A stretch of 64,000 nt of DNA, from the NCBI RefSeq assembly GCF_009834535.1, contig NC_045707.1, forward strand, positions 54,004,001-54,068,000, written 5' to 3'. How positions within the stretch are numbered: the first letter of the stretch is position 1; each line of letters starts with the position of its first letter. The translations under genes were made by a program, and so were the position numbers. The notes under the pieces were generated by a model, which saw only the letters and a program-made list of their open reading frames with translations, made no database searches and was not told the DNA's origin. The DNA is from Camelus ferus. Taxonomy: Eukaryota. Shown piece by piece: positions 55,086-64,000 of the stretch.

Positions 55086-58000
55086 TGTTAAAAATTCTAA
55101 ATTGGATCTTTACCATTTTGTAGATGAAAAAAATATGTTTCACATGGTTGGTAACCTTTTCAGGGTCACATAATATTCATGAAGTAGTGAACTATGTTAT
55201 AGCGAGATTATTTTAACAAAAAGCCTGCTACCTTATAGTAAAATGATATGAGTAAAACTCAGCTTTTAAAGGAAAGTATTATAAAATCTATTATTTTCAT
55301 GTGGAAATGTTCTGTTGTATGCATTTTAAAAGGATTTTTTTTTCTTAATTATTACTAGATATTTTAACCTTGGTTCAATTTAACTTGGCCTTCTACCGTC
55401 AGATCCACAAGATTATAACCATTAAAAGTAATGTTGGCTCCTTTGAGCAATGTATAAAAATTTCCATTGAAATAGGATTAAATTTTAATGTGTTTTGTTT
55501 AGAGTTACAAAGAATTACAAAATATCGTACTTTAATATATATAATTATATAAAATGTGTATATATTATATAAATATATATACAAATACATACATAAATAT
55601 GTTTATATATAATATCTATTAGTTAAACTATTTGGAGTGTCTTAGATAAAATCCGTCTAAATGTGAAAGAAAATGTAAAACTGTTGAGTTCCCTTTTAGC
55701 ATTATGATTCTATGAACACTCTTAACGTTTTAACTATCTTTAGCATTTAAAATAGAAATAAAACAGATAAATATAATTTGATGAAATTGAACAAAACTCA
55801 GTATATACTATCTAACTTTTAAATGTAAATAACAGGAATCATCAATAATCATGCAATTATCTAGCTGATCTGATGATTTGTCTACCCATTCCTCCATCAG
55901 ATAGTCTTCTTTATCATTCTGTCAGAAGACAAATCATTACTATAAATAAAATAAAGAAATATATGTCTAACAGTCAAGTAATCAGAGTAAGTAATAAGTA
56001 ATAACATAGACTTGTTCCAATAAGAAATTTTTCTTTGAATGCTTTACCATTTTATTATAAGGTATAGAGAGAGATTACTGGTTCCCCAAAATGGGTATAA
56101 GCAAAATAGGAAATGGCTTTTGTCTTCAAGAAGGCAAAATTCCAGAAGTAAGGAGATGCAAATAACTCACAAGGATGCACTAGATAATACTGAATTGATG
56201 AAATTCATGACTGGAATTTCAGAAATCAGAAAGAGCAGTTCAGAGAAGGAGAGAGGATCCATGTCCTTACAATAGCTGTTTCTCTGTCTTGGGGCTTAGT
56301 GACTTTTATCTTTTAGGAGGAGTGGACTGACTCAGCACTTAGACTCTAAGAACAGATTTTCATGTCTTCATTTCAATAGAAAATAGAAAAATCTTTATAT
56401 TTCTTATTAAAGTGTTCCAGTTATTTTAAAATTATTTTAAATATGAAAAATCTGGAAATAAATGTTAGAAAAGGTAAAATGGTATGTTTCAGTAGTGAAA
56501 CTGTAAATGGAATGTGTGACCAGCAACATGACTTCATTTACCTTATTAAGAGAATAGGAACTGAATTTGACAGCATCACCTCATCTCCAGGCACCTGACA
56601 TCCCTACAACTCAGGTAACTCACAAACAAAATCTGGACCTCTGTAACGATATGGCTGATGACTCTGAGATTCAAGGCATCAATTATTGAAGTGGGAACTT
56701 TTGGTCATTACCCACTGACACAAATTTTGAATACATAATGTATTAGAGAGAGATACTTAAGAATAATTATCCATCTGCTAAGCCATGAAATCCCATCAAG
56801 CTTAATTTATAAATATATAGTGTGATTTTTGAATCAGTGAAAAGCTATTATATTCAATCATTCTATTAATCAATTTTAGCAATTATTGCAACAATTTATA
56901 TAATTAGTCAAAATTGCATTAATATTTATTCTAATTACATGGAATTTTTGCCTTTAAGATATCAGAGTAAGAAAGAAACCAGACATAGAATTTTTTTTAA
57001 CTCAGTTGATTAGAATGCTCTATTGTGTATTCCTTCCAAGATAAGCTTATCTTTTCTTTCATTCGTTATTATATGGAATTCCAATAAAAATAAAATTAAA
57101 TACACTAAAGAGATATCCAAAAAATATTCACTGTAAAAGCCATCAGTCCCTTTATTTCTAGTGATGTTTCCATACCCTATAAATCACAAATTAATTCAGT
57201 CTTTGAATCACTGGACCTAAAATAGTTCAGCATTAAGTATAGTACAGAATGTTTCATCAACTCCAGAACTATGGTGCCCTCAAAGAAAATAGAGCATTAG
57301 ACTTATGTAGAGATTAAATATGTATATTTTACACATGGCAGTAATGTTAGGACTGCAGATATGAAAGAAGAAATAAGAAAATATAAACTGTATACTTTCC
57401 TGGTTTTTTTTTTTAAATAAACCAAAGTGAGGGTCTGTTTAAATTGATTTATGAATTTGGCTCCATTGTGATTAGTCATGAATTTCTACAGTGCATCATT
57501 ATAACTCAAACTTCAAACAAGGCCATGCTTTAATTTGATTAAATTTAAATTTTAATATCAAATCTTGTTAGTCAATCACATTTCTCAAATATTTAATCAT
57601 TTAATATAAGGTATAAATCAAGCTTATTGTTTTGAGACTTATATGGAAAAAAGTCGAGTGTCTGAGTTAAATCTATAAGCCAGAAGTAGAAATATGATTG
57701 GGGGAAATTTTAATTTAATGAAATCCCTATGATTTGTGTTCCTTATTCTCTATGACTTGTTCTTAATTTCCCATTCTCCCACATTCAGACTCTCAAGTTC
57801 ATGACGAGTAGGGTTTATGGATAAAAGTGGGGAAAATAATAATAAATGATCAGTGTGGGAAATAGAGATTAATTCATTCAACGTATGTTTACCATTTATT
57901 ATGTGTTAGATGGTATCCTAAGGGCCAGTGGATCAAAAGTAAACAGAAACATGTAACATTCTCTTGGATCTTAGATTCTAGTAAAAGTAACACATTGAGT

Positions 58001-58164
58001 AAAGACCTGAAGGAGGTGAGGGGCTGGCACGTGCTTCTTGGTATGACTACACAGTCATAGAAAATAGAAGATGTACCCAAGAAAATGGATCTTAGTGTAA
58101 TGGATCTGGCTAAAGGGATTTATGGCAGATTGTCAACAGTGTCAAATGGTTTCTTTGAATTATG

Positions 58165-58400
58165 TGCTGTGGACTGAATTGTATCCTCCCCAAATCCGTA
58201 CGTTGAAGCCCTAAACCCCAATGTGACTTTATGGAAGATAGGGCCTTTAGGAGATAATTGATGTTAAAAATGAGGTTGTAAGGGTGGGACTCTAATACTA
58301 TAGGAATGGTAACCTTGTTAGAAAATTTCTCTCTCTCTCTCACATACACACACACACACATACAGACATTTTGTTATGGCAGCCCAAGCAGACTCAGACA
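58165..58400 (+). mobile_element. shortened MLT1B/C-like LTR
   Basis: tgctgtggactgaattgtatcctccccaaatccgtacgttgaagccctaa...ttttgttatggcagcccaagcagactcagaca; centre replaced by (CT)n(CA)n. Confidence 0.88.
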
Positions 58401-59394
58401 CTGTGAGAGATGGACTGAAAAAATGAATTACTCAATTTTCAAGGTGAATTTAAAGAAAATGTAAAAAAGCCAAGAGTTTCTGGATTCAAAATAAAGATAT
58501 TTCTTATACCCTGGTCTCTGGGTAAAGATAAAACCAAGGATTTGACTCTGAAGCCTTTGTTAAGACTTCAGGATGGTTTCGTGTAGAACTTCATAGATCC
58601 ATTCAGGCAGACAGAAGGCCTTCTGAGGATATTAAGGACGTGCTTCACAGAGTCTGTTAAGCAATGAAACGTCTAAGAATTATAGGAGAGATTGTCCCAT
58701 CAAGCTGCCCATGAAACCCAAGGTAGACAAGAACTCACTTCAAAGAGATTTGTGGGAGTGGCTTTTGTCTAGGGTAGTGGATTACAAACTGGTGAATATT
58801 AAAGCTCACAAAATCTATAAAGGAATTAGATACTAGCTTGGATTGAAAAATTTAGGAACAGTTACAGATGAAAAGCTGCCTTTGGACTCCTCAACTTCTA
58901 TGGGTAGGAACAGGCTGACAAAACTACATGACTGAAAACAAAGGCTAAGGAGAAATGACCTAGAAGAAAGAGGATCTAGTCAAGAGCTGGGGGGAGTCAG
59001 TCCTAGAGACTGTCACTGGGCTGTAATTAAGGCAATGACATGTATTTCACTGGGTTTCAGAAATGCTATGGATCCATGTTTGCTGAATGCTACCCTTCTC
59101 CCTCCTTTTTGAATGGGAGTCTTTATTACAGCTGTAATGTGCCTGTTTGACCACATGTATTTGGTGTTTGTGGGGTAGCTAATAGGTCTTCAGATTGACA
59201 AACAAAAATGTGCCCAAGGAATTGACCCTGAGATGTTTCATCTATTCCTTGACCTGGTTTAAATGATACGATTCTGGACCTCAAGCCTGAGCCTGATGCT
59301 AAAATAAATGAGGCTTTGGGGGTGGGTCTTTGGAGATAATGGAATTATTTTACACTTAAGAAGAATATACATACTTTGTAGTCAGGGTACGGAT
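58401..59394 (+). mobile_element. probable MaLR internal (MLT1-int) sequence
   Basis: gggtttcagaaatgctatggatcc...ttttgaatgggagtctttattacagc...tctggacctcaagcctg, directly upstream of an LTR. Confidence 0.6.
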
Positions 59395-59885
59395 TGTGGA
59401 ACTTAAAAAAAGTGTACAAATTAATTGATATTCCTACCATGGAGAGGTGCTGTCTCTGTCCCTTCCCCTTGAACAGAGGCAGGCTTGTTTCTGACCAATA
59501 AGCTATGAAGGAAATGGTGCTCTATTACTTTCCAGATTAAGTCATAAAGGACTATGCAGTTCCTCCTGGATCATTTTGTGTACACCCCATCTTAGAGACC
59601 AGCCACCATACGGGAGGGAGCCCACAGCCATATGGAGAGCCTACACATAGGGGCTCTGGTTGACAGTCTAAGCTGAACCCAGCAGTTAAGTCATCTTAGG
59701 CACTACAAATGCGTGTTCAAATGCTTTTAATAAATGATTCCAGAAAACTTCAGGCCCCCAGCTATTCAATCTTCCTGGCTAGACCCAAGACATTGAAAAA
59801 TAGAAACAAGTCACCCCCATTGTACTGTCAGAATTTCTAGCCCAAAGAATATGTGGTTATTGTTTTACATTTTTCAACTTTGGCT
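59395..59885 (+). mobile_element. MLT1F/G/H-like LTR
   Basis: ctctgtcccttccccttgaac...tattactttccagattaagtcataaagg...ccagccaccatacgggagggagccca. Confidence 0.75.
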
Positions 59886-61211
59886 TAATGAATATATTGA
59901 ATATACTGAACAAAACTACATGATCTCGCTTAATGATTTTAGATACATAAATGTATTTAATTGAAAATTACCTGAGTGCAACCAATGGTATGTTACATCT
60001 TACCAATGTGATATATGGTATATATTTATAAAATATAAAGCTATATTCCATTGCTTAGTCTTAGAACAAAGTAGAAAGCAAAAGGATTGAGTAGAGTTGT
60101 TTAAAAAATAGGAAGAACTTAATTTTGAATATTAAAAAAATCAGGTTACTGAGTTATATAGCACCCAACCCACTAATCTATATTCCATTGCTTTCAAAAA
60201 CTGGTGTCTGTGCAGATATAGTAATCCCTTATGGAAATGAGAGGATTTGGTAGAGATGTTCCCATCAGAGGTGGCAGCAGAGCTGGCTGACCAGGAGGGA
60301 GGAGGACTGAGGAAGTCAGGTGAGGCCCTATCCCCAGGAAGCTGTCCAGCTACCTATGAGACAGGTGGACAGGCCCAGGTGGTCCTTACTTTGGTTTCTT
60401 ACCACATGCAGCATGGTTTCTGAGACTCCTGAGTTGTGTACTACCAATGGCACAGCAGGTAACTTCGGTAGAAATAGGCCCGTGGAGGAGTGTAGGCCCC
60501 ATGAGAGAATAGGCCTTAGATCACAACCACGTGGGCTGCTGTGAGTAAGGTTGGTATGGCCTGTAGGGATGGGTAGGGGTTCACCGGGCACAGCAAGCCA
60601 CTCCTCTACTCTCCACAAAACGAAAGGATCACGTTTTTAACAAGTGAATAAAATACTAGAAATGGTTACCGAGCAAGAAATTCAACAAATCTAACACAAA
60701 AAAATTAAGGCATTAGATTGTCAATTGATCTTTCTTCAAAGGTAATGACACGAGAAATAAGATAACATAAGGGCAAGCTAGCTGTAATAAAATACCAAAC
60801 TCTGATATACTAGACAGTGAATGATTTCATACGACTTTCATTACTTTTAATGAAGTCTTAGAAGTAATTCAACAAAGTGTTTTTGCTTTAAGGACTTCAA
60901 ACTTCAGCAATCAATTCCCCATCTGAAAGGCTAAGTGAAATACAATTTATTTTTCTTATTCTGGAAACTAAAAGCTGCTTCTGTTTAATCTCAATTTTCA
61001 GAGTTTAATAGTATTGGATTGTTTTTCCTTCTCTACTGTGCACTAACCCAGGATTGACTGTCACATTCAGTGGCCAAGCACAGATAAAAAAAATGAACAC
61101 AACCATCAATTTTCTTTCTCAACTACGTTGGCTTCTTCAGAAACATCCCTCAAAGAAGACCTTTCATTTTTCAGCCTTCATTACACCCAGTATCTTCCAT
61201 GCCTGTTTGTA

Positions 61212-61410
61212 ATACTATTAGCAAGTTTTTATAGAGCCTTTACTGTATGCCAGGGAGAATACTAACTGAATTACAAGTAATATTTTACTTGTGTATTGAG
61301 TAAAATTATTGTCTTTATTTTGTAGATAAGGAGAGTGAGCACAGAGAGGTTAAACAGTTTTCCCAAATATCTGAAGCAGAAAATCCATCTCCAGTGTATA
61401 TCCTCTTACC
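61212..61410 (-). mobile_element. MIR
   Basis: tttactgtatgccagg...attttgtagataaggagagtgagcacagagaggttaaacagttttcccaa. Confidence 0.75.
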
Positions 61411-64000
61411 TACTACCCTATAGAGCTCACAATTTCCTGTGCGTGTGTGTGCATAGTCCTACATCATGTGGTTCACACAATGATCATACATGCACGAAGT
61501 GTGACAACCTCCAGGCCACTGAAAGTTTTTACTTATTCAAAACATTCAGCAAGAATAAAGACCTAACTCCAGTGTTATACATCTAATCAAAATTATTAGA
61601 GCCCGTGACTGAATCATTGCAATGATGGTAGAGCAGTTTTAGGAGGAGGACAAGAGTATATGATAGTGCCAGTATCTCTATCTCATATCTCATATCTCAT
61701 TTGTTCTCGTCAATGTTTGCTGCAAATTTTGCTCTCATAAGAGTATTTCCTGGAGAAGGAGGGTGGATTCCATGTATGTGTCTGAAATAAGTTTTGAGGA
61801 GGAGACTAGAAAATGAATAGACAAAGGCTGGAGAACATATATAGTGGTGTCCACACTATGTCACTCAGAGCACCCGGGCTCCTTGAATGCACGGCCAGCG
61901 CTGCACAGGGGGTCTAGCAGGCTCTTGGGTAGGCTGAGAAGGACTCCGGGCTTCCCCTACACTTTCAGTCAGTATAGCTATCCTTCATCTATTTTATGTT
62001 TTCAGGGGATGTGGCCCTATGACCAGGGGAGAAAGAGTTATGAGTATGGAGGTATAAGTCCACTACCTACTCTGAAAACAGAATAGCTAGCAGGTCCAGG
62101 ATTGCAAATTATAAAAGTAGAAACATCTCTTCATCTGAAAAGATACTCTCAACAGACACGCTTTTTTTTTTTAAAGGAAATTCTGAGAAGAGATGGATAG
62201 CTAATCACCAAGTTAAAATTTGACAAGACATCACAGACTCTGGGAACTTGTGCCTAATCTTAATCGGGTCCCCTCTTGAGAAAAGCTCCTAGGTCCCACC
62301 TCTCATCCTGGAAAGGAATAAAGGTGGTTAAATGATTCCTGGTTTCACACTTCACTGAAAAACTTAGTTTTTAGTGTCTGACAATTTCTCAGAGTCCAAG
62401 TTCAACTAAATTAGGTCTCAGAAAGCTAAGCAATAAAAGGCTTGTACCCTTTTCAAAAATTATTTTTAAAAATATAATTGTAGTCCTGGTGACACCAAAA
62501 AAAAAAGAAAAAAACAAAAAGAAAAATACTTCCTTTTATCAGTAGTGAGGTCAAATTACCAACAAAATGACTTTATTATACCCACTGCCAATCTTACATT
62601 GTTTTTTTGCAGTTCACTTGGATGGAAAATGCACAATTAAGGTCTTTTCCATAGTCATTTAAAGGAAAACCTGAAATGTAATGTTAAACTAATTAGTCAT
62701 ATTTGAAGATGAGCAGTTTAATGATGATCCTAAATGCTTTTGATTCTTTTTTGAGAGGTAAGTGGGTGTTAAATTATACAGCAAATTTGCTTCTCATAAA
62801 AGGAATATTTTATAAAAATCTTTTACAAAGTTGGATACATTCTCATAATCAAATTTTGTAAGAAAAAAATCTGACAAAGAATGACTTAAAATTTCCAGTT
62901 GTTGGAAAGAAGAATATTTTATCAGTTAATTTTCACCAGTCACAAAATCCAAACAAAATATTTGAGGTAATCCTGGGGAAAATAATTGTACTTATTTGAG
63001 AGAAAAACAAATTTTTCTAGTTTATAAAATGATTACAAAGAAATGCCAGTTATAGAAAGAAAGCTGGGGTATTTTGTAGGTAGCTAAAGAGATATATGAA
63101 AATTTTAAGTTAATCATCCTTGGAATTGACAGGATTTAGGGAGAAAACTGGACACATTTCTCAAGCCAAATCTTGTTTACAAGGATTACGGTAAAAGTCG
63201 TAATGCCTCAGAATTTGCAATTCAGTTTTCTCCTTTAATCACATTTATTTCTAAACTTTTTTTAAACTAAAAAGTCTAGACTAATAAGCACTAAATTTAC
63301 AAGGGCCACTTTCTGAAATAATTAAATTTCTATTCAATAAACTGAGGTCCCGTCTCCAGGTTTTGCTTAGTGGTTGAGATTTTAATGGGGCAATTAGTTA
63401 CTGGAATTAATGAAACAATAAAAGTATTTTGTGAAGTGCATTAGTAGGTTTCAGATCTTTATTCTATTTTAATTGTTTTGCACAAATTCATTTCTACTTA
63501 ACAGTTATTTATTTTGTATCACAACTTTAAAAGATAAAATGCCTTTTAATAATTGGTTTGCATATCAATGGGGAAAATTGATTAAAGAAAAAAGATTCAT
63601 TCCTCTATTATTAAAATAGGGATTTGAGGAGAAAAATATTCTATAACACATTCAGAGGAAAGTGCTTATCTGTTATTACTGATTGCACAAAAACTCTGAC
63701 TAGATTATATGACTAGATGAGATTAGATTAGATTTTATAATCGAGAAAAGTAATTATTTTAGAGAGATTAAGTTTACACAGTTTTAATGAAAAAGCTGTG
63801 ACTTGAATCAAGGTCCATCCTACACAACTCATGCTTCCATGCTATGATCAAATCCCTGTGAACCTGACTTCACAAGTGGATAGGCCTGAACCCCTCAGGG
63901 GACTAGAGGTGGAACTTCCCAAGTGTCAGACTTGGGGGTTGGCTGCAATTTACAAAACTATACTTGGCTTAAATTTAAATTAAAAAGAAAAGAAATGTGT

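Overview
AT-rich, CpG-depleted mammalian non-coding DNA (intergenic or deep intronic). I can support no protein-coding gene, tRNA/rRNA or CRISPR-like structure. The ORF track is noise apart from decayed LINE-1 ORF1/ORF2 pieces. The window is a layered transposon landscape: old L2/MIR/CR1 remnants, MaLR (MLT1) LTRs, hAT and Tc1/mariner MITEs (MER20, MER58, MER8-like), old L1M copies and several younger L1 3' ends. The young L1 tails, plus the absence of any recognisable Alu, B1, SINEC, Bov-tA, PRE1 or CHR SINE, suggest a cetartiodactyl, probably a camelid (inference from remembered consensus sequences). Family names come from recall, and repeat boundaries are approximate unless termini or TSDs are quoted. 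I found no convincing new biological system. The best leads are: (1) a ~1.9-kb L1 derivative in which the 5'UTR and ORF1 N-terminus are joined in frame to the ORF2 Cys-rich C-terminus (36.3-38.2 kb); (2) a 64-bp, 61/64-identical direct repeat 1,423 bp apart in otherwise unique-looking DNA; (3) further internally deleted or nested L1 copies, some with clean TSDs; (4) several perfect hairpins/palindromes.
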